A DNA stretch of 64,000 bases, from assembly GCA_964350815.1 (NCBI GenBank), contig CAYGKW010000001.1, positions 156,120 to 220,119 of the forward strand, given 5' to 3'. This DNA is from an uncultured Rhizobiaceae bacterium (GTDB lineage Bacteria > Pseudomonadota > Alphaproteobacteria > UBA7879 > VGCX01). The notes under the pieces are model-generated. The model searched no databases and had not been told where the DNA came from. It saw only the letters and a list, made by a program, of their open reading frames with translations. Positions 19,958 through 34,509 of this stretch are shown in pieces. The first letter of the stretch is position 1. Each line of letters opens with the position of its first letter. The position numbers and the translations under genes are program-made.

Positions 19958-20485
19958 ATGAAAAAATTATGGATTTTATTATTTGTTTTAACAGCAGGAT
20001 GTGAAACCGTCACAAACTATGTCTTTGAAGATACAGACATTGAATTTATTGATGAATTAACATTGATAGGGTCTAAAAATATGAACAACAGAAAACCCCT
20101 TCGTGTTGATTTTGTCGTTGTGAAGCACCCTGTCGTTGCCCAACAAATAGGGCGCATTTCAGCTGATAACTATATGCGTAATCGCAAGCAGTTAAAACAA
20201 GACTATCCAAAACATATTAAGTTTAATTCTTATGAACTTGTCCCAGGCCAATCAATTGTTAAAGATTTAAGTTACCCTAAGAAAGATGTGGTTGCTGCCT
20301 TTATCTTTGCAGATTTTGACAATGAAAACGTAAACCGTTGGTCCATTTTTTCTGCTGATCATGTTGTTGTGAAATTTCTGGAAAACACCTTAAAAATCAC
20401 GTCCCGCAATCAAGGTGAAGAAGAAAAAATTAAACCTAGACAATTATCTGAGGATATTGTGATTATTGAAAGTAACCCCTTATAG
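19958..20485 (+). CDS. Lipoprotein, TssJ candidate
   Basis: Lipobox in MKKLWILLFVLTAGC, with the start reassigned to the internal ATG at 19958. About 175 aa. Segments RVDFVVVKHPVVAQQ and AAFIFADFDNEN resemble TssJ. Last gene of the T6SS block. Confidence 0.4.
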   Translation: MKKLWILLFVLTAGCETVTNYVFEDTDIEFIDELTLIGSKNMNNRKPLRVDFVVVKHPVVAQQIGRISADNYMRNRKQLKQDYPKHIKFNSYELVPGQSIVKDLSYPKKDVVAAFIFADFDNENVNRWSIFSADHVVVKFLENTLKITSRNQGEEEKIKPRQLSEDIVIIESNPL

Positions 20486-20487
20486 AT

Positions 20488-24221
<3,734 letters not shown>

Positions 24222-24247
<26 letters not shown>

Positions 24248-25031
24248 CCCACTGTTTTTTCAAATTTAGATCTAAGTCAGCTTTAGGAAGCATCCCCTTT
24301 GAATCAAGCAGTTTGTATGAACGCTTGTACCAAGCGTTATCACTATAGTTATGCCCTAAAACAATTGCTGTTGCCTGGGCTTCATAAACAATACCCAGCA
24401 TTAAATAAATTTCAACCAAACGATGTAATGCTTCGGGAACATGGCTGGTTCCTTCATATTCTTTAACAACTTGTTGAAAGCGGTTCAAAGCAGCAATTAA
24501 AAGTTTTTGTGAAAGATAAAAGCGCCCTATCTCCATATTTTTACCTGCCAAATGTTCATAAGCCAGATCCAATTTTAACTTGGCATCTTTTGAATATTTG
24601 CTGTTGGGAAAACGGCGAATTAGTTCTTCAAATGTTTGGCGCGCAAGTTCTGTCATTTCTTGGTCACGGTCAACTGTGGAAATTTGAACGTAATAAGACA
24701 TCCCTTTTAAAAAGTATGCATATGCAATATCTTGGCTACCTGGGTAAATTTGTATGTACGTATCTAAAGACGTAACAGCATCTTCAAAAGATTGGGCTTT
24801 GTAATAAGCATAAGCTGACATTAACTGAGCTTGTTTTGCCCATCCTGAATAAGGGTGCTGGCGAATGACTTCTTCAAATGCGATGCCTGCCTTTTTATTC
24901 TTACCTTCTTCTAAAAGCTTTTCTGCTCTTTTATACAATTCTTCAACGGGCTTTTCTTCATACTTTTCTTTATCACTACTGCAACTGCATAGGAATAAAA
25001 CAAATACAAAAAGACTTAAATTTTTCAACAT
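24222..25031 (-). CDS. bamD: Outer membrane assembly lipoprotein BamD (TPR)
   Basis: Lipobox LFLCSCSS followed by TPR repeats. The 269-aa size is typical for BamD/YfiO. Confidence 0.7.
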
Positions 25032-25083
25032 TGTTAACCTTTTCTTTATGACTCCCTATGTTATAGCATATCAGTTGAATTTT

Positions 25084-25118
25084 AAAATAAAAAAAGCTGC
25101 CTTATATTTAGGCAGCTT
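25084..25118 (-). terminator. Rho-independent terminator downstream of the small secreted-protein gene
   Basis: Stem AAGCTGCC / GGCAGCTT with a 9-nt loop, followed on the minus strand by TTTTTATTTT. Confidence 0.45.
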
Positions 25119-25143
25119 TTAAAAAACATAAGCTTGTAATAAT

Positions 25144-25312
25144 TAAGCTTCGTCTGCAGGCTTGTTGGCAACCCATGCACCGTTTACAACGGAACCATCC
25201 CCAGCAGCCGGGGAATAAAGTGTGTAGTTTGCTGTTGGGCACATATCTGCATTTGCAGAAACTGCGAATGTTACTCCCAAGACACATAATAGTATTTTAA
25301 ATTTATTCATGT
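25144..25312 (-). CDS. Small secreted protein (55 aa) missing from the ORF track
   Basis: ATG at 25312, translating to MNKFKILLCVLGVTFAVSANADMCPTANYTLYSPAAGDGSVVNGAWVANKPADEA. It has a clear signal peptide and is followed by a hairpin and T-run terminator. Confidence 0.4.
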
Positions 25313-25433
25313 TTTTCCTCCACCAAAATTTTGTTAATTATCTCCTAAGTATCAGTTTATTGTCAAGGGGATTGATCATGAAAACAGATCGGAGTACCAT
25401 CAACGCAGTAAAAATGGAAAAAGGAGCGATCTT

Positions 25434-26033
25434 ATGAGTTTTACATTACCAAAACTTCCTTATGATAAAACGGCATTAGAACCGCATATATCTAGGGATA
25501 CCCTTAATTTTCACCATGAAAAGCATCACCAAACATATGTCACAAAATTAAATGAATTGATTGAAGGCACAAATCTAGAAAAGCTTGAACTGGAAGACAT
25601 CATTAAAGAAACCGCTGATAACAAAGATTTTACAGGCGTTTTTAATAATGCAGCCCAAGTTTGGAACCATACATTTTATTGGCATTGCATGTCTCCAGAT
25701 GGGGGTGGGAAACCCAGTGGTTCAATTGACGAAGCAATTGACAAAGCCTTCGGTAGTTATGATGAATTTAAAGAAGCCTTTAAGCAAGCAGCATTAACCC
25801 AATTTGGAAGCGGCTGGGCCTGGCTTGTAACAGATGATAACGGCCTGCGTATCATGAAAACTGGTAATGCCGACACACCCGTTGCCCACGGAGTTCGCCC
25901 CTTGTTAACGTGTGACGTTTGGGAACATGCCTATTATCTTGATTATCAAAATCGCCGGCCTGATTATGTGGATACATTTTTAAACCATTTGATTAATTGG
26001 GATTTTGTTAATAAGAATTTTACGTCTCCTTAA
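25434..26033 (+). CDS. sodB: Fe/Mn superoxide dismutase
   Basis: 199 aa with HHxKHH at the N-terminus and the DVWEHAYY signature. Confidence 0.92.
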   Translation: MSFTLPKLPYDKTALEPHISRDTLNFHHEKHHQTYVTKLNELIEGTNLEKLELEDIIKETADNKDFTGVFNNAAQVWNHTFYWHCMSPDGGGKPSGSIDEAIDKAFGSYDEFKEAFKQAALTQFGSGWAWLVTDDNGLRIMKTGNADTPVAHGVRPLLTCDVWEHAYYLDYQNRRPDYVDTFLNHLINWDFVNKNFTSP

Positions 26034-26036
26034 CCT

Positions 26037-27266
26037 ATGGAAAAAGTAACTGCACAAGTTGTTATCGTTGGGGGTGGTCCTGTCGGGGCCACTTTCGCTT
26101 GTGCACTTGCCTCTGCCAACATTAAGTCAGTAATAATTGATCAACTTGATATTAAAGATATCAAAAAACCCCAGCCTGATGGACGTGCCATCGCCATCAA
26201 TAGTGCCAGTCGTAATTTATTCAAAACACTGAACATTTGGGAAAATATTCCTGAAAACGAAATCCAGCCAATCCATACAATAAAAACGTTAAATGGGTAT
26301 GAAAAAAAAGGGTTACTGTTCCAAGATCTTAAAGATACAGGTCAAGGGCTTGGTTCAATTATCGAAATGCCTATCCTTAGATCAGCCATTTTAAAAAAAG
26401 TTGAAAAATATATAAAAAAAGACTTAGTTCAATGGGTTGGCAATACAAAAGTCGAAAGTATAAAATTTCAAGATCCGTATGCAACGGTTTCTACAGAATC
26501 AGGAAGTTCTTATGTAACCCCCTGCGTTGTGGGGGCAGATGGAAAAAATTCCATCACACGCAAACTTGCGGGCATTAATGCCAAGACAAAATCCTATAAA
26601 CAAAAAGCAATTGTTTGTGCATTCGAACATACAAATTCCCATGATAATATTGCGTATGAAATTTTCCTACCAAATGGCCCATTTGCAATACTTCCCATGA
26701 CCAAAAATCGATCCTCAATTGTATGGAGTTTAGATGAGGAAATTGCAGACGCATTGTTAAGTGGACCAGAATCTGAATTAGACAAACAAATAATAACAAT
26801 GATGTCTGACTACCTATCTGATTTAAAAAGGGTTGGAAAAATTTGGACGTACCCACTTAGTTTATCTTATGTTAACCAATATTCTGCAAATAGATGTGCC
26901 TTAATTGGTGATTCTGCACATGCCATTCATCCACTTGCTGGGCAAGGGGTTAATTTAGGCTTAAAAGATGCAGCAATTTTGGCCGAAATTATTACAGATT
27001 CTATAAGTTTAGGCATAGATTACGGGATGGCATCCTCTTTAAACAAATATGATCAATGGCGAAAATTTGAAGTTCCAAGTTTATTGGTTATGACAGACTC
27101 TTTGAACCATCTTTTTTCAAACAATTCTAAAACGCTTAATTTTGTACGGAGTAAGGGTATTAAACTTGTTAATCGCCTTCCTATCTTAAAAAGGTCTTTA
27201 GAAAATCAAGCTAAGGGACTGGGTGGGAAACTTCCTAAGTTAATTAAAGGGGAAAGCTTAAAATGA
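26037..27266 (+). CDS. FAD-dependent monooxygenase of the UbiH/UbiF/Coq6 family
   Basis: GxGxxG FAD-binding site (VIVGGGPVGAT) and GDSAHAIHPLAGQGVNLGLKDA near the C-terminus. Confidence 0.75.
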   Translation: MEKVTAQVVIVGGGPVGATFACALASANIKSVIIDQLDIKDIKKPQPDGRAIAINSASRNLFKTLNIWENIPENEIQPIHTIKTLNGYEKKGLLFQDLKDTGQGLGSIIEMPILRSAILKKVEKYIKKDLVQWVGNTKVESIKFQDPYATVSTESGSSYVTPCVVGADGKNSITRKLAGINAKTKSYKQKAIVCAFEHTNSHDNIAYEIFLPNGPFAILPMTKNRSSIVWSLDEEIADALLSGPESELDKQIITMMSDYLSDLKRVGKIWTYPLSLSYVNQYSANRCALIGDSAHAIHPLAGQGVNLGLKDAAILAEIITDSISLGIDYGMASSLNKYDQWRKFEVPSLLVMTDSLNHLFSNNSKTLNFVRSKGIKLVNRLPILKRSLENQAKGLGGKLPKLIKGESLK

Positions 27267-28303
27267 ACCTGTCTAGTAAAAACATACGATTTATCTTAGC
27301 AGTTATTATTGTCCCCATAATTATTTCAGTGATTTGGTTTCATGAAAGTAATAAAAAATTGATAATTGCGCACAGCCTTTATGATTCAAGTTTACAAACA
27401 AATATATTACGAATTTTTACTGACAATGTGGAGTTAGCCACAAACAATGAAATCAAGTTCGAACTATCCAAAACTGAAGAAATGTTATGGCCGGGATCTC
27501 GATTAAGTGAACTTGCCGAAACAGGAAAAGTTGATATTTCAAACTTTCTTTTATCTGCTTTTTCCCCTGACCTTACCCCTTTTTCAGCAAACAGTCTTCC
27601 TTATATTGCCCAGAATTTTGATCAGGCAAAGGCTTTATCAGAAGTTAGTCAACCTTATCTTGAAAAAACCCTTAGCAAAAATAATTTAATGCTGTTGTTT
27701 TTTATACCTTGGCCACCGCAGGGTTTGTTCTTAAAAAAGCCTTTAACAAATGATACAGATCTGAAAAAAATAAAAATTCGTGTATTCGATAAAATTGGGC
27801 ATGATTTTATTCAAAAAATAGGCTTCACGCCCGTACTTACTGAAAACCATGAAATCAGCAAAGCCCTGGACCAAGGCTCTATTGATGGGTCCCTTGGTTC
27901 AAAAACACATTTTTATGACTTTGGGTATACCCGCACCCTGCCCTATTTTTATGATCTAAAATTAATGCTACCCAAGTATGCTGTTGTTATGAATAAGGAA
28001 GTTTTTCAAAACCTGCCCGATGAAAAACAACAAGCAATTCTAGAAAATGCAAATTTTACAGATTCAATTTCATGGCGGCTAAGTGCTGCTGATGAATACA
28101 AAAAAACAATGATTATGAAAAAGGACTACCAAAAACCACCTCAATGGCTTTTAGAAAAAACAGGAGAAGCCTCAGTTGAAATTATTTCAGAATGGATGGC
28201 TGCTAATGAAGAAAACAAAGCTTTGCTAAGGGACTATAAACGCTATTTACAAGAAAATAATATTACTGCTCCACATATTTTAAGAAAAATACCCCTTAGG
28301 TGA
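27263..28303 (+). CDS. Periplasmic solute-binding protein, DctP/TRAP-like (orphan)
   Basis: N-terminal TM or signal sequence. The size and segment pattern resemble the DctP family. No DctQ/M genes are adjacent. Weak call. Confidence 0.35.
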   Translation: MNLSSKNIRFILAVIIVPIIISVIWFHESNKKLIIAHSLYDSSLQTNILRIFTDNVELATNNEIKFELSKTEEMLWPGSRLSELAETGKVDISNFLLSAFSPDLTPFSANSLPYIAQNFDQAKALSEVSQPYLEKTLSKNNLMLLFFIPWPPQGLFLKKPLTNDTDLKKIKIRVFDKIGHDFIQKIGFTPVLTENHEISKALDQGSIDGSLGSKTHFYDFGYTRTLPYFYDLKLMLPKYAVVMNKEVFQNLPDEKQQAILENANFTDSISWRLSAADEYKKTMIMKKDYQKPPQWLLEKTGEASVEIISEWMAANEENKALLRDYKRYLQENNITAPHILRKIPLR

Positions 28304-28374
28304 AATTCTTAACTTGTTTAAGTACATAAAATTTCATATCATGATCTTTCAAATAAATATTTTAAGGGGGACAT

Positions 28375-29145
28375 ATGTCTAATAAAACTTTATCAACTTT
28401 AGTTATAATAAGTTTAGTACTTTCAATTTATTCAGTTGTTAATATCCATCTACCACATCTAAGTCTTGCAAGTGGTGTTATGGATCATATGGATGCTGAA
28501 TCAGAACGCATGGCAAAAATGACAGTGAATGGCATGCAAAAAATTCAAAAGCGTATCGAAGAAGAAGCAAAAATGACAATGAAGAAAGTCATGAAAGACG
28601 TTGCCCAAAAAGCTGAAGACGATTCATCAACACCCTTTTCTGGCAACCCAAATGCCGATGTCAAAATGATTTACTTTTTTGATTACCGTTGTGGGTATTG
28701 CCGCAAAAACCATCCCACAATTAAAAAACTTTTGGAAGAAGATAAAAATCTAAAAGTTATTTTCAAAGAATATCCTATTTTTGGAGATACTACTTTGGCA
28801 CAAATTGCCCTTGCAGCCCATAATCAAGATAAATACGAAGCCTTCCACAGCAAACTTATGGAACAAAGTGGTCAAATTGACGAAGCAAAAGCTTTGTCTA
28901 TTGCAAAAGATTTGGGGATGGATTTGGAACAACTTAAAAAAGATATGAACAGTGACGGCATTAAAGATGCAATCACAGACAATATCAAGTTGGCACAATC
29001 CATGCAAATAAGTGGAACACCTACTTCAATCGTTGGGGATTCTATCATTCTTCCTGGCGCTTTATCTTTTGATGAATTTAAGGAAGCTGTCGACTCTGCC
29101 CGGTCAGGCGAAGGTACATCTGAAGATGAATCTGAAACTGAATAA
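28375..29145 (+). CDS. DsbA-like thiol:disulfide oxidoreductase
   Basis: Signal or TM sequence, a CGYC active site in FDYRCGYCRKNHP and a thioredoxin-fold length. Confidence 0.65.
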   Translation: MSNKTLSTLVIISLVLSIYSVVNIHLPHLSLASGVMDHMDAESERMAKMTVNGMQKIQKRIEEEAKMTMKKVMKDVAQKAEDDSSTPFSGNPNADVKMIYFFDYRCGYCRKNHPTIKKLLEEDKNLKVIFKEYPIFGDTTLAQIALAAHNQDKYEAFHSKLMEQSGQIDEAKALSIAKDLGMDLEQLKKDMNSDGIKDAITDNIKLAQSMQISGTPTSIVGDSIILPGALSFDEFKEAVDSARSGEGTSEDESETE

Positions 29146-29169
29146 TTTATTAATTATCTTATGACTATA

Positions 29170-29197
29170 GGGGAAGATTTTTCTTCCCCTTTTTTTT
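29170..29197 (+). terminator. Rho-independent terminator after the dsbA-like gene
   Basis: GGGGAAGA-tttt-TCTTCCCC hairpin followed by a T8 run. Confidence 0.55.
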
Positions 29198-29244
29198 ATC
29201 TTTTACAAACTTACCCCAAACCTAGTCTGGGTTTTAACCATGAT

Positions 29245-30003
29245 TTATACGTAAAATTGTTCTTTTATAACCCTTTTTTCAAGGTTATGTTCAGGGTCAA
29301 ATAATAAAGGCAGTTCTATTTCACTTGATTCTTGTATTTGAACTTTTTTAAGGTCACTAAATTCCAGGTAATCCGATACAGCCGCTGCTGGACGACGTTC
29401 TGCCTCAATAACTTCGATTTCAACTTTTGCATTATGGGGCAACAAAGCCCCTTTCCAACGCCGGGGTCTAAAAGCACAAATTGGGGTCAGGGCCATTATA
29501 TTACTGCCAATTGGAATAATTGGCCCATTTGCTGAAAGATTATAGGCTGTACTGCCCGCAGGGGTTGCGACCAAAACCCCGTCACAAACAAGTTCAGGTA
29601 AATGTTCTTGATCATCAACCTTTATTTTTAAATGCGCCGCTTGTGAACTTTGTCTGTATATGGATACTTCATTGATGGCATAAGATGTTTGCATTTTCCC
29701 ATGAATGTTTTCAGCGTTCATTTCCAGGGGTTTTAATATAACTTTTTCTGCTTTTTCAATTCTTTTCTCTAAATCATCAAGGTTAAATTCATTCAATAAA
29801 AACCCCACTTTTCCACAGTTCATTCCAAACATCGGAATTGGACGGTTAATTCTTTCATGTAAGGTACGTAACATAAAACCGTCACCGCCCAGAACAACCA
29901 AAACATCTGCATCTGACGGGGAAACCATCTTAAATTTATCTTTTATTTTTTTTAAAGCCTCTTGCGAAACAGGCTTATTACTTGCAACAACACTTAACTT
30001 CAT
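29245..30003 (-). CDS. nadK: NAD kinase
   Basis: GGDGFMLR motif and DGVLVATPAGSTAYNLSANGPI. Confidence 0.88.
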   Translation of the reverse strand: MKLSVVASNKPVSQEALKKIKDKFKMVSPSDADVLVVLGGDGFMLRTLHERINRPIPMFGMNCGKVGFLLNEFNLDDLEKRIEKAEKVILKPLEMNAENIHGKMQTSYAINEVSIYRQSSQAAHLKIKVDDQEHLPELVCDGVLVATPAGSTAYNLSANGPIIPIGSNIMALTPICAFRPRRWKGALLPHNAKVEIEVIEAERRPAAAVSDYLEFSDLKKVQIQESSEIELPLLFDPEHNLEKRVIKEQFYV

Positions 30004-30205
30004 ATATTTACCTATTGTTTTTTATATATTAGCAGAAATCTGATCTTGTACAAATTGAATACCTAAACTAAACCTTTTAATTTTATTACAGCTTTGCGTA
30101 ATAACTATCTTATGATCCACACAGAAAAATAGTTAATCTATATGCAAATCACCCTTTGCCAAACCCGGCTGTTTACGATATAAATATATAAGGCATAATT
30201 TATAA

Positions 30206-31255
<1,050 letters not shown>

Positions 31256-31269
31256 ACCGGAGAATATAA

Positions 31270-32157
31270 GTGTTTGGACGCTCCCCTAAACTAGGGCTTG
31301 GATTATACGGAAGAAGACCTTGGTTAAAGAGAGCCCGTGCCACCTTTCATTTATACAAAAAACTTTTTCTTGTTTTTGTCTTTATCCTTATTTCCATTTT
31401 TACCTTAGGCTTAAGCTATGCAAACATTCCTTTTGCCACGAAAGTGCGGGTGTTTTTAACAGATATGACAACGCCTATTATGTCTGTTGCGTCCATTCCT
31501 TATGATCTAACTATTTCCACAAAAAACAAAATTTATAAGTGGGTAAATACTTATTATATTTTAGACGAGTTGGAAGAAGAAAACACAAGTTTAAAAAGAC
31601 AACTTAATCGACTAAAAAGTCTTGAGGAAGAAAATAAAAAACTTCGCCAACTAACACATATGGTGCCAGACCGTTTCCGCACTTATATCACTGCGCGCAT
31701 TGTGGCTTATCCAGGCAGGCCTTTTGTAAAAAGCATTCTTTTGAATGCCGGTTCAAAAGATGGGGTTGAATTCCAACAACCTGTTGTTACCGATAATGGC
31801 CTTGTCGGCAGAACAATTGATGTAGGAATGCATTCAAGTCGCATTTTATTGATTACAGATCTTAACTCGCGGGTGCCTGTTATTATTGAAGGGTTAAATG
31901 AGCATGCCATCCTTGCAGGGGACAATACAGATTATCCGAAACTGAAGTACGTTAAAGAAATTTCAAAAGTTAAAATTGGGGATGTTATCAGAACCTCTGG
32001 CAGGGGTGGCGTTTTTTCTTCTTCCATTCCTGTAGGCATTGTTAGTAAAATAGAAAATGATGATATCAAGGTTCAACCATACGTTGATCTAGAATCTTTG
32101 ACTCATGTAACACTTGTTACTCCCCTGGTTGATCACAGGCTTATAAAAGCGGAGTAA
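31270..32157 (+). CDS. mreC: Rod-shape protein MreC
   Basis: Follows mreB. N-terminal TM, coiled-coil and a beta-rich C-terminus. GTG start. Confidence 0.8.
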   Translation: MFGRSPKLGLGLYGRRPWLKRARATFHLYKKLFLVFVFILISIFTLGLSYANIPFATKVRVFLTDMTTPIMSVASIPYDLTISTKNKIYKWVNTYYILDELEEENTSLKRQLNRLKSLEEENKKLRQLTHMVPDRFRTYITARIVAYPGRPFVKSILLNAGSKDGVEFQQPVVTDNGLVGRTIDVGMHSSRILLITDLNSRVPVIIEGLNEHAILAGDNTDYPKLKYVKEISKVKIGDVIRTSGRGGVFSSSIPVGIVSKIENDDIKVQPYVDLESLTHVTLVTPLVDHRLIKAE

Positions 32158-32162
32158 GCATC

Positions 32163-32654
32163 ATGTTGTATGATTTAATACTTCGATACAAATTATTTTT
32201 TAAAAGTATCTTTCCACTTTTTTCTATTTTCTTAGCTGTAATTCTTGATCGGTTTCATGTGTTTCGTGCCCTTCCTTTAGAACCAAACTTAACCTTTCCT
32301 ATTATTTATTACTGGACAATTCACCGGGCAGAATCTTTGCCAGTTATCGGCATTTTCTTAGCTGGTCTTTTAGATGATGCTTTAGGCGGCGCTTACCTGG
32401 GCCAAAATACTTTGGAATTTTTATTCTTATTTGGGGCTGTTTTGGGACAAAGGCAATATTTAATTAACTCTTCCTTCTTTATGGGGTGGCTGATTTTATT
32501 TTTCCTGTCTTTAGGGTTAATGGTTATTGAATGGGGCATTGCAAGTTTAGTGGCCCAAGAATGGATGGACGCAACTTCGTTATTCTTACAAAATACTTTA
32601 AGTGTTATTTTGTACCCGTGGCTAACGTATCTATTAAATAAAGTTAAAGATTAA
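32163..32654 (+). CDS. mreD: Rod-shape protein MreD
   Basis: 163-aa polytopic membrane protein in the mreBCD position. Confidence 0.6.
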   Translation: MLYDLILRYKLFFKSIFPLFSIFLAVILDRFHVFRALPLEPNLTFPIIYYWTIHRAESLPVIGIFLAGLLDDALGGAYLGQNTLEFLFLFGAVLGQRQYLINSSFFMGWLILFFLSLGLMVIEWGIASLVAQEWMDATSLFLQNTLSVILYPWLTYLLNKVKD

Positions 32655-32667
32655 GGATAATTAACCT

Positions 32668-34509
32668 GTGCAACATACAAACAAAAATGATTTTTTAAAA
32701 AGAATTGCAATCATTGCGTTGCTTCAGTTTATTTTGATTTTTATCATTGTTGTACGTTTGTATGTTTTACAGGTTTTGCATTCAGAACAATATAAAACCT
32801 TATCTGATGACAATAGAATTCGTGTGCGACTTACACTTCCAAATCGTGGCCATATCTATGATAGAAATGGAAAACCACTGGCAACAAATACGACAAGTTA
32901 TCGTGCCATTCTTATTCCTGAAGATTCTCCGGATCCTAAAAAAACTTTGCAGCAAGTTTCCAAATTATTAGATTTATCACCTGAAGAAATTGATAAAATT
33001 TTAAAACAGTTAAAACAAAAACCTAGGTTCCTTCCAACAGTTGTAAAAAACGAATTAACCTGGGATCAAGTTTCTGCAATCGAAATCAATATGCTTGAAA
33101 TTCCTGGCTTAACTGTAGAAGAAGGCCGTGGACGTAATTATTCTTTAGGACGCCATACATCCCATGTACTTGGCTATATTTCAGCCCCATCAGATGAAGA
33201 TGTTAAAGAAGATAAATCTTTGATGTTGCCTGGGGCGAAAGTTGGGAAAAATGGCGTAGAAAAATTTTATGAAAATACTTTAAAAGGAAAAGCGGGTCAA
33301 AAAGAAGTTGAAGTCAATGCGCACGGCCGTATCATCCGCGAATTAAATTACACCCCGTCTATACCTGGACAAGACTTGCAATTAACAATTCAGAAAGAAT
33401 TACAAGAATATACTGCAACACTTTTAGAACCCTATAACAGCGTTGGTGTTGTTGTCATAGATATTCATTCAGGCGAAGTTCTTTCTTTGGTTTCAGTGCC
33501 GGGATATAACCCTGAATTATTTTTTAATGGGATCGATCACAAAACTTGGAATGCCTTGATGGAAAATAAGTATACCCCCATGACAAACAAAGTTATTGCC
33601 GGACAATACAGCCCGGCATCAACCATGAAAGGTATCGTTGCATTGGCTGCCCTTGAATCTAATGTATCCCCAAAAGAAAGTTTTTATTGCCCTGGGTTTA
33701 TGATGATGGGCCGTCATAAGTTCCACTGCTGGAAAAAAGGGGGGCATGGTAATATGAATATGAAAAATGCCATTATAAAATCATGCGACGTTTATTTTTA
33801 TCAAATTGCAAAAAAAATAGACGAAGGCCCAATTATTGCAATGGCAAGAAAATTTGGTGTCGGGTCGAAAACAGGGATTGATGTTCCTTATGAACAAGAT
33901 GGGTTTATTGCAAGTCCAGAATGGAAAAAACGGGTAAGAAAACTTCCGTGGTATCCGGGGGATACAATTTTAACTTCAATTGGGCAAGGGTATGTTTTAA
34001 TGACGCCTATTCAGTTGGCCGTTATGATGGGTCAAACTGTAAATGGGGGGTATAAAATAACACCGCATATTGTTAAAAAGGAAACGGCTGTGGAACAGGA
34101 ATCTTTAAATGTATCAAAAGACCATCTTAAATTTATTCAAAATGCCCTAGCAGATGTGGTTAATAGTCCTGGTGGAACTGCCTATCATTCACGCATTCGT
34201 GAAAATAAATGGCGCATGGGGGGTAAAACAGGAACAGCCCAAGTACGTCGTATTACAATGTCTGAACGTGAAACAGGTGTCAGAAAAGGGGATCAATTAC
34301 CCTGGGAACTGCGCAACCATTCCTTGTTTGTTGGATTTGCCCCTATTGATGAACCACGTTATGCAATTGCAATTGTAGGTGCGCACGAAGGATTCGGAAG
34401 TTCTTTCGCGGCCCCTATGGCAAAAAAGATTTTGGAAAAAACACAAGAACTTATGGAAAAAGAAGATCCAAAACAACCTGAAAAAGTAAAGGTTCAAGAT
34501 CATGTATAG
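32668..34509 (+). CDS. mrdA: Penicillin-binding protein 2 (MrdA)
   Basis: 613 aa with transpeptidase motifs STMK (SxxK), SCD (SxN) and KTGTA. Confidence 0.9.
   Translation: MQHTNKNDFLKRIAIIALLQFILIFIIVVRLYVLQVLHSEQYKTLSDDNRIRVRLTLPNRGHIYDRNGKPLATNTTSYRAILIPEDSPDPKKTLQQVSKLLDLSPEEIDKILKQLKQKPRFLPTVVKNELTWDQVSAIEINMLEIPGLTVEEGRGRNYSLGRHTSHVLGYISAPSDEDVKEDKSLMLPGAKVGKNGVEKFYENTLKGKAGQKEVEVNAHGRIIRELNYTPSIPGQDLQLTIQKELQEYTATLLEPYNSVGVVVIDIHSGEVLSLVSVPGYNPELFFNGIDHKTWNALMENKYTPMTNKVIAGQYSPASTMKGIVALAALESNVSPKESFYCPGFMMMGRHKFHCWKKGGHGNMNMKNAIIKSCDVYFYQIAKKIDEGPIIAMARKFGVGSKTGIDVPYEQDGFIASPEWKKRVRKLPWYPGDTILTSIGQGYVLMTPIQLAVMMGQTVNGGYKITPHIVKKETAVEQESLNVSKDHLKFIQNALADVVNSPGGTAYHSRIRENKWRMGGKTGTAQVRRITMSERETGVRKGDQLPWELRNHSLFVGFAPIDEPRYAIAIVGAHEGFGSSFAAPMAKKILEKTQELMEKEDPKQPEKVKVQDHV

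Noticed and set aside
27263-28303. Calling this a complete TRAP transporter
   Set aside because: Only a DctP-like binding protein is present, and the family assignment itself is weak. No DctQ or DctM genes are adjacent.
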